This document shows, piece after piece, positions 1 to 11,238 of a stretch of 64,000 bases of DNA. How positions within the stretch are numbered: the stretch's first letter is position 1; every line of letters starts with the position of its first letter. The stretch comes from Trypanosoma brucei (Eukaryota): NCBI GenBank assembly GCA_000002445.1, contig AL929603.2, positions 640,001-704,000 on the forward strand. The letters are read 5' to 3'. The notes beneath the pieces are model-generated. The model was given only the letters and a program-made list of their open reading frames with translations, searched no databases and was not told the DNA's origin. A program made the position numbers and the translations under genes.

Positions 1-1278
1 AAACTTTCGCCCGCTGATTGCCCGACCTACACCTCAACATTGTTATCGGCGGAAGGAAGCACCACCGAGAATCTCAAATATAATCACCGTGGTCCCACCA
101 CCACTTTCAGCGCTACAGCTTCTAATCCCATCATCTTTCCCAATTAATATCCCCCTTACTCAAATATGCATCCCCCTGGGGCATGCCATCGTAATAGATA
201 ATATAAACCTTACCCCTCCACATCAGAAATGGAGGCATCATCCAAGTTATATCCCATGTTACAACCCACCCTCCTCATCCTCACAGGACATATCGTTTGT
301 TATCCAACCAGCAAGAGCGCAATATTCTCTCATGTCCCCCTTTTGTTTCTGGTCAGTCCAACAGTTGCAAAACTAACAAATTTCGACCCCGTATTCTTGT
401 GGTCGAGGAATGGAACAAAGCATATGCAACGCTCACTGAAAGCGGCATGACGCCACACTAGAGAAACTATACCAGCATCGATAGTAGTCAAACACTGGGT
501 GGGATAATAACAGCCAACATGTGCATCCAAATAACCCTTTTTCCTCCTATGCAAGCCTAAATCAGCCAACAGAAAACAAGAGGCAGCGCAATGATAACAA
601 AGGAAGGTTAGGGGGCACCACCTGTACATAACGAGAGCAGCAGCAAGCAACGGTAAAGGAAGGAGGTTGTGATGCTGCCAAATAGTTGGGAGCACTCAAC
701 AGCAGAAAATAAAACAAGAAAAGGTAAACAAAATGAAACGGTAAGAAAATGAAGAAAATAATAAGTAAGGTGCTCTGGAAGAAAATAAATATAATATGTA
801 GAGTACAACATTATGACTAAAGAACGAAACTACGAGAAAATAAAACACCATTGACATGGAGGAAAGTTAGACATCAAAAGAAAAGCACCAGCGGCCACAC
901 AGTGCGAGCACACGGGTAAGCTGAGTTTGCGTCTATTTGCACAATACGTGCTTTGACTTCCAAAGACGGACACAAGTGCGCGCTGATTTCATGAGTGAGG
1001 AACGAAGTGGTGTTGCAGATTTATAACAAAAGTCACAGAGGAGAAATAATAGGGTGGTAATATAAATAAAAGGGTAAGTTACGGCACCGAGAGTGACTTT
1101 TCACAATTTCTTGGAAAGTAGAAATAAAAGGAGCAATGCTCCGTACAACAATGTTGAGGTGCTGATGCAAAGGAAAACAACATATTCATGTATTTGTTAA
1201 GGGAGAAAAGTAATAAGAATTCGTTTTCAATATTATTGCACGGCCCACCTGACATTAGTGCCAACGATACGAGCCGCG

Positions 1279-3237
1279 TCAGGACCTCTTGGGCGCGATC
1301 CCGTTGCCCTCCGCATTGGGTGTCACATCGCTGTCCCCTTCACAGACAGTTTCTTTCCCCTCAGGGGAAACATCAGCCGCCACCTTCCTCACGGGTTTGC
1401 CGTCTCCATCCAACTCCTCGTCCATGCGAGCATCGGGGAGAAGAGTAAAGATGAGAGGGATCTGAATGCACGGTGCCACGAAGCCGGAAATGAGCACAAG
1501 CCACTTTACATTGGCGAAGTCACATGGCACCAGTGTTTTCACAGGCAGAGCATATTCCATTATAACTGACCCAAGGGAACTACCCACCGTGCTACCGAAA
1601 TTGCTCGATGCAGCAAGAATAGCGTACACAGTACTCTCGCTTCCACGAGGACACAACCGTGAAAGAATAATGGTTAACGGCATCCAGTTCATCATCCCGA
1701 TCACAGGAGATATGACGACATCGCAGCAGAAGTAAATCAAGTAGTCACTGACGTATGGCCGGTTCCATCGCATCACTATAATGAAGTCGAAGATGTTGGA
1801 GACGATGAGGAACACCAGTGTCAAGAAGTAAGTCATCCGATAAGTCTTTTTTGAAAGGAAGTAATTGAACAGCACGACACCCAGAGCTGAAGTGACACTT
1901 CCAACTGTTCCACCAACAGTCTGCAGGAAAAAAAGACTGAAGTGAGGTCCACCCGGATTGCAATCGGGTCCGCTCAGGAAGAACGGGGTGACAGCACCAC
2001 CAAAAGACACCGTAGACGCATTGTTCAAGTAACTGAACAGATTCACCTTCGCGACCGCCCACGACAGCGCATAGAAATTGAAAGAGCAGTGCCCCACGGA
2101 AACGACAGCCGCGGCAATGAGTAAATGCAGCCTCGATCCAAACAAGGAGGTTATGGCAACACCAACAACAAAGAATGCTATTAGCACGCTGTATATTGTC
2201 TCACGCTTGTTGCGCTCAAGGACCTCTTCGTTCATCTGGAACACACCGCAGCAGCACTCACGAGGCTCCCTGAACACAAATGGCTTCACAGCTGCCTCAC
2301 CGCCGTCAGCGTTAGGCCCCGCCACCGGCTCGCTGTTTGTCACTTGGCGCTCCACCATCCCACCATTTACGTCAATTGGATCATTGTCATCAGCCACCGG
2401 AGGGGTGTCCTTAGCCTCTTTTAACTTCTGCTCGTGGAGCACATGGGCATCGATGTACCGCTCCTCACGGTTGGGCAGTTCACCAAACCAATTGAACAGG
2501 AAGAATGGTGCCACCAGCAGCTGGACAGCGCTACCTATCATGGGAGATATCTGCGGTATGCCAGCGTCACCCAAAGGACCAACAATAACGGAAACAAAGA
2601 GACCAGCCAGGATAATGAACCACCAAACCCAACTCACCAGAGCAGGCCCTGGACCAGGCACACGGCGCATCATCCGGCTGTATAGTCCCTGCGATAGAAT
2701 GTCCGTACATGCCCTGCTGAGCCCAGAGAAGAAGAGGAACACGGAAGCAATTGCTGCACTCGATGGCTGCGCTGGGAGCAGAGCAAAGCCAAGGGAGAAT
2801 GCGGGACCGACGAGATTCGCCACAAACATGTACCACCGTTTGGTATAACCGAAGAACGGGAATATGTCGCTGATAGCAGCCAAAAGAGGCTTCACAGACC
2901 ACCCCATGCCGGCGATGTTAGTTAGCCGCTGGTAGACAAGACCCTCGACAGTGAAACGGTTCAAAAACATCGCAATAATGGATCCACCAACAAGTCCGTC
3001 AGCAAGACCCTTACACAAGAAATACGATAATCCAATGGAAAGCACGGGCTTAGGACCATAGCCCTCAGCTGCCTCCCCGAACAAGGGGATGTGCCGAAGA
3101 CACGGAACCTTGTTGAACAGGGCCCGTGCCTCGGGGTGCACAAACGTTGCCTCCTTAGATTCCTCACTGTGTAGCTCAGCGACGAGTACGGCATCACCAC
3201 CCCGCGCATCGAACGAACCATCTTCCTGTCGACCCAT
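1279..3237 (-). CDS. Pteridine / folate-biopterin transporter (FBT/BT1 family), 652 aa, copy 1
   Basis: A 652-aa ORF with many hydrophobic helices (e.g. VLSIGLSYFLCKGL, WWFIILAGLFVSVIVGPLG, IYSVLIAFFVVGVAITSLFG). Its length and cytosolic N-terminal tail are typical of trypanosomatid FBT transporters, to which ESAG10 is related. A purine-rich plus-strand stretch (a pyrimidine tract on the coding strand) lies ~60-100 nt upstream of the ATG. Family assignment is from memory and not searched. Confidence 0.8.
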   Translation of the reverse strand: MGRQEDGSFDARGGDAVLVAELHSEESKEATFVHPEARALFNKVPCLRHIPLFGEAAEGYGPKPVLSIGLSYFLCKGLADGLVGGSIIAMFLNRFTVEGLVYQRLTNIAGMGWSVKPLLAAISDIFPFFGYTKRWYMFVANLVGPAFSLGFALLPAQPSSAAIASVFLFFSGLSRACTDILSQGLYSRMMRRVPGPGPALVSWVWWFIILAGLFVSVIVGPLGDAGIPQISPMIGSAVQLLVAPFFLFNWFGELPNREERYIDAHVLHEQKLKEAKDTPPVADDNDPIDVNGGMVERQVTNSEPVAGPNADGGEAAVKPFVFREPRECCCGVFQMNEEVLERNKRETIYSVLIAFFVVGVAITSLFGSRLHLLIAAAVVSVGHCSFNFYALSWAVAKVNLFSYLNNASTVSFGGAVTPFFLSGPDCNPGGPHFSLFFLQTVGGTVGSVTSALGVVLFNYFLSKKTYRMTYFLTLVFLIVSNIFDFIIVMRWNRPYVSDYLIYFCCDVVISPVIGMMNWMPLTIILSRLCPRGSESTVYAILAASSNFGSTVGSSLGSVIMEYALPVKTLVPCDFANVKWLVLISGFVAPCIQIPLIFTLLPDARMDEELDGDGKPVRKVAADVSPEGKETVCEGDSDVTPNAEGNGIAPKRS

Positions 3238-5276
3238 CGTCAGCTTTTATGACCAATGCTTAGCTAACATTCACGAGCCACACACAAAACAATACGAAAA
3301 ACAAAGAGGTGAGAAGATATGTTGAGGAATCAAATAATAAAAGAAACGCACACACGAACCACAGGGCACCAACGTTTCAACAACACCGTGCCTCAGCATA
3401 ACTATGGCACACCAAAACCTCGCACACACAAATACACAAACACGTACTTGCGCATCGGGACATCAACCAACTCTGCGAAGTTAACATTAGAGTCGATTTC
3501 CACAGCCCCTTCCTGTCTCCAGAGGGTCCTTACAGCAACCATGATTAAACGACAAAGCGTCCCTCCACAGATATAGGGAAAATTAGGTAAATATCTGCAG
3601 TAGTCCATTTATAGCACGTTCATTCTTCACATGTCAGTTAGTGGGGGAAAGGTAACATGTACGTGACGGCCGGTCCTATTATCAAGAAGTAATAGAAAAG
3701 GCACTACATACGCGTAGCCACACAACTCATGATGTGAGGATATGCAACAACACTATGATTAGCAAAAATGATACAGGCATTCGCGAACTGACTCTTATGC
3801 CACGAAACGCCCATACACACCGAAACTGCAGGAGACATTCTGTTGCTGCTAGCCCCACGGTGGATGATGGGCCATCTCACACTCCCACAACTGTGCCTTA
3901 ATGTACAACACGGAAAGTACAGCAAGAAGACGCAGCGGCCACCAACTCTTTCGCAACGTTGCGTAACCACGTTGATATCCTCTCGGATCAGCAGAAAACT
4001 TTCGCCCGCTGATTGCCCGACCTACACCTCAACATTGTTATCGGCGGAAGGAAGCACCACCGAGAATCTCAAATATAATCACCGTGGTCCCACCACCACT
4101 TTCAGCGCTACAGCTTCTAATCCCATCATCTTTCCCAATTAATATCCCCCTTACTCAAATATGCATCCCCCTGGGGCATGCCATCGTAATAGATAATATA
4201 AACCTTACCCCTCCACATCAGAAATGGAGGCATCATCCAAGTTATATCCCATGTTACAACCCACCCTCCTCATCCTCACAGGACATATCGTTTGTTATCC
4301 AACCAGCAAGAGCGCAATATTCTCTCATGTCCCCCTTTTGTTTCTGGTCAGTCCAACAGTTGCAAAACTAACAAATTTCGACCCCGTATTCTTGTGGTCG
4401 AGGAATGGAACAAAGCATATGCAACGCTCACTGAAAGCGGCATGACGCCACACTAGAGAAACTATACCAGCATCGATAGTAGTCAAACACTGGGTGGGAT
4501 AATAACAGCCAACATGTGCATCCAAATAACCCTTTTTCCTCCTATGCAAGCCTAAATCAGCCAACAGAAAACAAGAGGCAGCGCAATGATAACAAAGGAA
4601 GGTTAGGGGGCACCACCTGTACATAACGAGAGCAGCAGCAAGCAACGGTAAAGGAAGGAGGTTGTGATGCTGCCAAATAGTTGGGAGCACTCAACAGCAG
4701 AAAATAAAACAAGAAAAGGTAAACAAAATGAAACGGTAAGAAAATGAAGAAAATAATAAGTAAGGTGCTCTGGAAGAAAATAAATATAATATGTAGAGTA
4801 CAACATTATGACTAAAGAACGAAACTACGAGAAAATAAAACACCATTGACATGGAGGAAAGTTAGACATCAAAAGAAAAGCACCAGCGGCCACACAGTGC
4901 GAGCACACGGGTAAGCTGAGTTTGCGTCTATTTGCACAATACGTGCTTTGACTTCCAAAGACGGACACAAGTGCGCGCTGATTTCATGAGTGAGGAACGA
5001 AGTGGTGTTGCAGATTTATAACAAAAGTCACGGAGGAGAAATAATAGGGTGGTAATATAAAAAAATAAAAGGGTAAGTTACGGCACCAAGAGTGACTTTT
5101 CACAATTTCTCGGGAAGGATAAATTAAAAGAACAATGCTCCGTACAACAATGTTGGAGTGCTGATGCAACAAAAACAACATATTCATGCGTTTGTTAAGA
5201 GAGAAAAGTAATAAGAATTCATTTTCAATATTATTGCACGGCCCACCTGACATTAGTGCCAACGATACGAGCCGCG

Positions 5277-7235
5277 TCAGGACCTCTTGGGCGCGATCCC
5301 GTTGCCCTCCGCATTGGGTGTCACATCGCTGTCCCCTTCACAGACAGTTTCTTTCCCCTCAGGGGAAACATCAGCCGCCACCTTCCTCACGGGTTTGCCG
5401 TCTCCATCCAACTCCTCGTCCATGCGAGCATCGGGGAGAAGAGTAAAGATGAGAGGGATCTGAATGCACGGTGCCACGAAGCCGGAAATGAGCACAAGCC
5501 ACTTTACATTGGCGAAGTCACATGGCACCAGTGTTTTCACAGGCAGAGCATATTCCATTATAACTGACCCAAGGGAACTACCCACCGTGCTACCGAAATT
5601 GCTCGATGCAGCAAGAATAGCGTACACAGTACTCTCGCTTCCACGAGGACACAACCGTGAAAGAATAATGGTTAACGGCATCCAGTTCATCATCCCGATC
5701 ACAGGAGATATGACGAGATCGCAGCAGAAGTAAATCAAGTAGTCACTGACGTATGGCCGGTTCCATCGCATCACTATAATGAAGTCGAAGATGTTGGAGA
5801 CGATGAGGAACACCAGTGTCAAGAAGTAAGTCATCCGATAAGTCTTTTTTGAAAGGAAGTAATTGAACAGCACGACACCCAGAGCTGAAGTGACACTTTC
5901 AACTGTTCCACCAACAGTCTGCAGGAAAAAAAGACTGAAGTGAGGTCCACCCGGATTGCAATCGGGTCCGCTCAGGAAGAACGGGGTGACAGCACCACCA
6001 AAAAATAACGTAGACGCATTGTTCAAGTAACTGAACAGATTCACCTTCGCGACCGCCCACGACAGCGCATAGAAATTGAAAGAGCAGTGCCCCACGGAAA
6101 CGACAGCCGCGGCAATGAGTAAATGCAGCCTCGATCCAAACAAGGAGGTTATGGCAACACCAACAACAAAGAATGCTATTAGCACGCTGTATATTGTCTC
6201 ACGCTTGTTGCGCTCAAGGACCTCTTCGTTCATCTGGAACACACCGCAGCAGCACTCACGAGGCTCCCTGAACACAAATGGCTTCACAGCTGCCTCACCG
6301 CCGTCAGCGTTAGGCCCCGCCACCGGCTCGCTGTTTGTCACTTGGCGCTCCACCATCCCACCATTTACGTCAATTGGATCATTGTCATCAGCCACCGGAG
6401 GGGTGTCCTTAGCCTCTTTTAACTTCTGCTCGTGGAGCACATGGGCATCGATGTACCGCTCCTCACGGTTGGGCAGTTCACCAAACCAATTGAACAGGAA
6501 GAATGGTGCCACCAGCAGCTGGACAGCGCTACCTATCATGGGAGATATCTGCGGTATGCCAGCGTCACCCAAAGGACCAACAATAACGGAAACAAAGAGA
6601 CCAGCCAGGATAATGAACCACCAAACCCAACTCACCAGAGCAGGCCCTGGACCAGGCACACGGCGCATCATCCGGCTGTATAGTCCCTGCGATAGAATGT
6701 CCGTACATGCCCTGCTGAGCCCAGAGAAGAAGAGGAACACGGAAGCAATTGCTGCACTCGATGGCTGCGCTGGGAGCAGAGCAAAGCCAAGGGAGAATGC
6801 GGGACCGACGAGATTCGCCACAAACATGTACCACCGTTTGGTATAACCGAAGAACGGGAATATGTCGCTGATAGCAGCCAAAAGAGGCTTCACAGACCAC
6901 CCCATGCCGGCGATGTTAGTTAGCCGCTGGTAGACAAGACCCTCAACACCGAGACGATCCAAAAACATCGCAATAATGGATCCACCAACAAGTCCGTCAG
7001 CAAGACCCTTACACAAGAAATACGATAATCCAATGGAAAGCACGGGCTTAGGACCATAGCCCTCAGCTGCCTCCCCGAACAAGGGGATGTGCCGAAGACA
7101 CGGAACCTTGTTGAACAGAGCCCGTGCCTCGGGGTGCACAAACGTTGCCTCCTTAGATTCCTCACTGTGTAGCTCAGCGACGAGTACGGCATCACCACCC
7201 CGCGCATCGAACGAACCATCTTCCTGTCGACCCAT
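5277..7235 (-). CDS. Pteridine / folate-biopterin transporter, 652 aa, copy 2
   Basis: It differs from copy 1 at about 6 residues (e.g. FLDRLGVEG vs FLNRFTVEG; NNASTLFFGG vs NNASTVSFGG) and has the same length and frame. Confidence 0.8.
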   Translation of the reverse strand: MGRQEDGSFDARGGDAVLVAELHSEESKEATFVHPEARALFNKVPCLRHIPLFGEAAEGYGPKPVLSIGLSYFLCKGLADGLVGGSIIAMFLDRLGVEGLVYQRLTNIAGMGWSVKPLLAAISDIFPFFGYTKRWYMFVANLVGPAFSLGFALLPAQPSSAAIASVFLFFSGLSRACTDILSQGLYSRMMRRVPGPGPALVSWVWWFIILAGLFVSVIVGPLGDAGIPQISPMIGSAVQLLVAPFFLFNWFGELPNREERYIDAHVLHEQKLKEAKDTPPVADDNDPIDVNGGMVERQVTNSEPVAGPNADGGEAAVKPFVFREPRECCCGVFQMNEEVLERNKRETIYSVLIAFFVVGVAITSLFGSRLHLLIAAAVVSVGHCSFNFYALSWAVAKVNLFSYLNNASTLFFGGAVTPFFLSGPDCNPGGPHFSLFFLQTVGGTVESVTSALGVVLFNYFLSKKTYRMTYFLTLVFLIVSNIFDFIIVMRWNRPYVSDYLIYFCCDLVISPVIGMMNWMPLTIILSRLCPRGSESTVYAILAASSNFGSTVGSSLGSVIMEYALPVKTLVPCDFANVKWLVLISGFVAPCIQIPLIFTLLPDARMDEELDGDGKPVRKVAADVSPEGKETVCEGDSDVTPNAEGNGIAPKRS

Positions 7236-9279
7236 CGTCAGCTTTTATGACCAATGCTTAGCTAACATTCACGAGCCACACACAAAACAATACGAAAAAC
7301 AAAGAGGTGAGAAGATATGTTGAGGAATCAAATAATAAAAGAAACGCACACACGAACCACAGGGCACCAACGTTTCAACAACACCGTGCCTCAGCATAAC
7401 TATGGCACACCAAAACCTCGCACACACAAATACACAAACACGTACTTGCGCATCGGGACATCAACCAACTCTGCGAAGTTAACATTAGAGTCGATTTCCA
7501 CAGCCCCTTCCTGTCTCCAGAGGGTCCTTACAGCAACCATGATTAAACGACAAAGCGTCCCTCCACAGATATAGGGAAAATTAGGTAAATATCTGCAGTA
7601 GTCCATTTATAGCACGTTCATTCTTCACATGTCAGTTAGTGGGGGAAAGGTAACATGTACGTGACGGCCGGTCCTATTATCAAGAAGTAATAGAAAAGGC
7701 ACTACATACGCGTAGCCACACAACTCATGATGTGAGGATATGCAACAACACTATGATTAGCAAAAATGATACAGGCATTCGCGAACTGACTCTTATGCCA
7801 CGAAACGCCCATACACACCGAAACTGCAGGAGACATTCTGTTGCTGCTAGCCCCACGGTGGATGATGGGCCATCTCACACTCCCACAACTGTGCCTTAAT
7901 GTACAACACGGAAAGTACAGCAAGAAGACGCAGCGGCCACCAACTCTTTCGCAACGTTGCGTAACCACGTTGATATCCTCTCGGATCAGCAGAAAACTTT
8001 CGCCCGCTGATTGCCCGACCTACACCTCAACATTGTTATCGGCGGAAGGAAGCACCACCGAGAATCTCAAATATAATCACCGTGGTCCCACCACCACTTT
8101 CAGCGCTACAGCTTCTAATCCCATCATCTTTCCCAATTAATATCCCCCTTACTCAAATATGCATCCCCCTGGGGCATGCCATCGTAATAGATAATATAAA
8201 CCTTACCCCTCCACATCAGAAATGGAGGCATCATCCAAGTTATATCCCATGTTACAACCCACCCTCCTCATCCTCACAGGACATATCGTTTGTTATCCAA
8301 CCAGCAAGAGCGCAATATTCTCTCATGTCCCCCTTTTGTTTCTGGTCAGTCCAACAGTTGCAAAACTAACAAATTTCGACCCCGTATTCTTGTGGTCGAG
8401 GAATGGAACAAAGCATATGCAACGCTCACTGAAAGCGGCATGACGCCACACTAGAGAAACTATACCAGCATCGATAGTAGTCAAACACTGGGTGGGATAA
8501 TAACAGCCAACATGTGCATCCAAATAACCCTTTTTCCTCCTATGCAAGCCTAAATCAGCCAACAGAAAACAAGAGGCAGCGCAATGATAACAAAGGAAGG
8601 TTAGGGGGCACCACCTGTACATAACGAGAGCAGCAGCAAGCAACGGTAAAGGAAGGAGGTTGTGATGCTGCCAAATAGTTGGGAGCACTCAACAGCAGAA
8701 AATAAAACAAGAAAAGGTAAACAAAATGAAACGGTAAGAAAATGAAGAAAATAATAAGTAAGGTGCTCTGGAAGAAAATAAATATAATATGTAGAGTACA
8801 ACATTATGACTAAAGAACGAAACTACGAGAAAATAAAACACCATTGACATGGAGGAAAGTTAGACATCAAAAGAAAAGCACCAGCGGCCACACAGTGCGA
8901 GCACACGGGTAAGCTGAGTTTGCGTCTATTTGCACAATACGTGCCTTGACTTCCAAAGACGGACACAAGTGCGCGCTGATTTCATGAGTGAGGAACGAAG
9001 TGGTGTTGCAGATTTATAACAAAAGTCACAGAGGAGAAATAATAGGGTGGTAATATAAAAAAATAAAAGGGTAAGTTACGGCACCAAGAGTGACTTTTCA
9101 CAATTTCTCGGGAAGGATAAATTAAAAGAACAATGCCCCGTACAACAATGTTGGAGTGCTGATACAACAAAGGAAAAACAACATATTCATGCGTTTGTTA
9201 ATAGAGAAAAGTAATAAGAATTCATTTTCAATATTATTGCACGGCCCACCTGACATTAGTGCCAACGATACGAGCCGCG

Positions 9280-11238
9280 TCAGGACCTCTTGGGCGCGAT
9301 CCCGTTGCCCTCCGCATTGGGTGTCACATCGCTGTCCCCTTCACAGACAGTTTCTTTCCCCTCAGGGGAAACATCAGCCGCCACCTTCCTCACGGGTTTG
9401 CCGTCTCCATCCAACTCCTCGTCCATGCGAGCATCGGGGAGAAGAGTAAAGATGAGAGGGATCTGAATGCACGGTGCCACGAAGCCGGAAATGAGCACAA
9501 GCCACTTTACATTGGCGAAGTCACATGGCACCAGTGTTTTCACAGGCAGAGCATATTCCATTATAACTGACCCAAGGGAACTACCCACCGTGCCGCCGAA
9601 ATTGCTCGATGCAGCAAGAATAGCGTACACAGTACTCTCGCTTCCACGAGGACACAACCGTGAAAGAATAATGGTTAACGGCATCCAGTGCATCATCCCG
9701 ATCACAGGAGATATGACGACATCGCAGCAGAAGTAAATCAAGTAGTCACTGACGTATGGCCGGTTCCATCGCATCACTATAATGAAGTCGAAGATGTTGG
9801 AGACGATGAGGAACACCAGTGTCAAGAAGTAAGTCATCCGATAAGTCTTTTTTGAAAGGAAGTAATTGAACAGCACGACACCCAGAGCTGAAGTGACACT
9901 TCCAACTGTTCCACCAACAGTCTGCAGGAAAAAAAGACTGAAGTGAGGTCCACCCGGATTGCAATCGGGTCCGGTCAGGAAGAACGGGGTGACAGCACCA
10001 CCAAAAGACACCGTAGACGCATTGTGCAAGTAACTGAACAGATTCACCTTCGCGACCGCCCACGACAGCGCATAGAAATTGAAAGAGCAGTGCCCCACGG
10101 AAACGACAGCCGCGGCAATGAGTAAATGCAGCCTCGATCCAAACAAGGAGGTTATGGCAACACCAACAACAAAGAATGCTATTAGCACGCTGTATATTGT
10201 CTCACGCTTGTTGCGCTCAAGGACCTCTTCGTTCATCTGGAACACACCGCAGCAGCACTCACGAGGCTCCCTGAACACAAATGGCTTCACAGCTGCCTCA
10301 CCGCCGTCAGCGTTAGGCCCCGCCACCGGCTCGCTGTTTGTCACTTGGCGCTCCACCATCCCACCATTTACGTCAATTAGATCATTGTCATCAGCCACCG
10401 GAGGGGTGTCCTTAGCCTCTTTTAACTTCTGCTCGTGGAGCACATGGGCATCGATGTACCGCTCCTCACGGTTGGGCAGTTCACCAAACCAATTGAACAG
10501 GAAGAATGGTGCCACCAGCAGCTGGACAGCGCTACCTATCATGGGAGATATCTGCGGTATGCCAGCGTCACCCAAAGGACCAACAATAACGGAAACAAAG
10601 AGACCAGCCAGGATAATGAACCACCAAACCCAACTCACCAGAGCAGGCCCTGGACCAGGCACACGGCGCATCATCCGGCTGTATAGTCCCTGCGATAGAA
10701 TGTCCGTACATGCCCTGCTGAGCCCAGAGAAGAAGAGGAACACGGAAGCAATTGCTGCACTCGATGGCTGCGCTGGGAGCAGAGCAAAGCCAAGGGAGAA
10801 TGCGGGACCGACGAGATTCGCCACAAACATGTACCACCGTTTGGTATAACCGAAGAACGGGAATATGTCGCTGATAGCAGCCAAAAGAGGCTTCACAGAC
10901 CACCCCATGCCGGCGATGTTAGTTAGCCGCTGGTAGACAAGACCCTCAACACCGAAACGGTTCAAAAACATCGCAATAATGGATCCACCAACAAGTCCGT
11001 TGGCAAGACCCTTACACAAGAAATACGATAATCCAATGGAAAGCACGGGCTTAGGACCATAGCCCTCAGCTGCCTCCCCGAACAAGGGGATGTGCCGAAG
11101 ACACGGAACCTTGTTGAACAGAGCCCGTGCCTCGGGGTGCACAAACGTTGCCTCCTTAGATTCCTCACTGTGTAGCTCAGCGACGAGTACGGCATCACCA
11201 CCCCGCGCATCGAACGAACCATCTTCCTGTCGACCCAT
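9280..11238 (-). CDS. Pteridine / folate-biopterin transporter, 652 aa, copy 3 (the copy nearest the strand-switch region)
   Basis: It differs from copies 1 and 2 at a few residues (GLANGLVGG, DDNDLIDV, MMHWMPL, SNFGGTVG). The unique flank begins ~670 bp upstream of its ATG. Confidence 0.8.
   Translation of the reverse strand: MGRQEDGSFDARGGDAVLVAELHSEESKEATFVHPEARALFNKVPCLRHIPLFGEAAEGYGPKPVLSIGLSYFLCKGLANGLVGGSIIAMFLNRFGVEGLVYQRLTNIAGMGWSVKPLLAAISDIFPFFGYTKRWYMFVANLVGPAFSLGFALLPAQPSSAAIASVFLFFSGLSRACTDILSQGLYSRMMRRVPGPGPALVSWVWWFIILAGLFVSVIVGPLGDAGIPQISPMIGSAVQLLVAPFFLFNWFGELPNREERYIDAHVLHEQKLKEAKDTPPVADDNDLIDVNGGMVERQVTNSEPVAGPNADGGEAAVKPFVFREPRECCCGVFQMNEEVLERNKRETIYSVLIAFFVVGVAITSLFGSRLHLLIAAAVVSVGHCSFNFYALSWAVAKVNLFSYLHNASTVSFGGAVTPFFLTGPDCNPGGPHFSLFFLQTVGGTVGSVTSALGVVLFNYFLSKKTYRMTYFLTLVFLIVSNIFDFIIVMRWNRPYVSDYLIYFCCDVVISPVIGMMHWMPLTIILSRLCPRGSESTVYAILAASSNFGGTVGSSLGSVIMEYALPVKTLVPCDFANVKWLVLISGFVAPCIQIPLIFTLLPDARMDEELDGDGKPVRKVAADVSPEGKETVCEGDSDVTPNAEGNGIAPKRS

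Noticed and set aside
89-811. A set of small ORFs in the spacer of the transporter unit (89-376+, 229-450+, 330-695-, 608-811-), repeated identically in units 2 and 3 (4084-4806, 8082-8804).
   Set aside because: Their conservation follows simply from the DNA being a tandem repeat. The ORFs overlap on both strands, the proteins are low-complexity (Pro/Ser/Leu-rich), and the DNA is the A/G- or C/T-rich UTR/processing-signal sequence expected between trypanosome genes.
2078-2848. A 256-aa plus-strand ORF, and smaller ones (1258-1569+, 1466-1735+, 2567-2902-), overlapping the transporter CDS. The same ORFs recur in copies 2 and 3.
   Set aside because: These are antisense or out-of-frame ORFs inside a well-supported 652-aa CDS. 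Their Ser/Thr/Pro/Arg-rich composition is typical of spurious frames in GC-rich coding DNA.
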